Shown here piece by piece: positions 63,859 through 64,000 of a stretch of 64,000 nucleotides of DNA. The position numbers and the translations under genes are program-made. Position 1 is the first letter of the stretch; each line of letters opens with the position of its first letter. Origin of the DNA: Macrostomum lignano (taxonomy: Eukaryota); assembly GCA_002269645.1 (NCBI GenBank), contig NIVC01002884.1, forward strand, positions 43,428-107,427, given 5' to 3'. The notes beneath the pieces were generated by a model. That model searched no databases and was not told the DNA's origin. It worked only from the letters and a program-made list of their open reading frames with translations.

Positions 63859-64000
63859 TCTATCAAAATGTCGATAATATCGGCACTAGCACTTGTTCAA
63901 CAGATGAGGAAATTAGCAGCGAACAACGTCCAACCAATGTGTCTCAGCTGAGCACGCAAGCGTTGTATCATCACCGGTTCAGCGGTGCTGAAATCTCTTC

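Overview
Eukaryotic (animal, probably invertebrate) genomic DNA with spliceosomal GT-AG introns; the species cannot be determined from the sequence alone. Three main components. (1) A mitoferrin gene (SLC25 iron carrier) on the minus strand, about 3.2-8.6 kb, whose introns are filled with minisatellites. (2) An 11-exon plus-strand gene (16831-60603) predicted to encode a roughly 7,540-aa coiled-coil protein that ends in a golgin-type Y-x4-H tail anchor, so giantin-like but more than twice the length of human giantin. It has a 12.8-kb exon, repeats in whole-heptad units and repeated LC8-like motifs. (3) A complete 16.3-kb Polinton/Maverick (adintovirus-like endogenous virus) at 19550-35867 inside intron 2 of that gene. 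It has a perfect 6-bp TSD (TGGCTG), about 630-bp TIRs with AGTAG...CTACT termini, and genes for major and minor capsid, packaging ATPase, adenain protease, protein-primed PolB, DDE integrase, a parvovirus-type PLA2 and an adenovirus pX-like core protein. It also has a PTAP/PSAP-bearing membrane protein, a spliced TATA-driven orphan gene and a nested palindrome beside the right TIR. PolB and protease carry eight single-base frameshifts, which are either consensus errors or early decay. The rest is MITEs, a decayed mariner, SINEs, a LINE fragment and tandem repeats.
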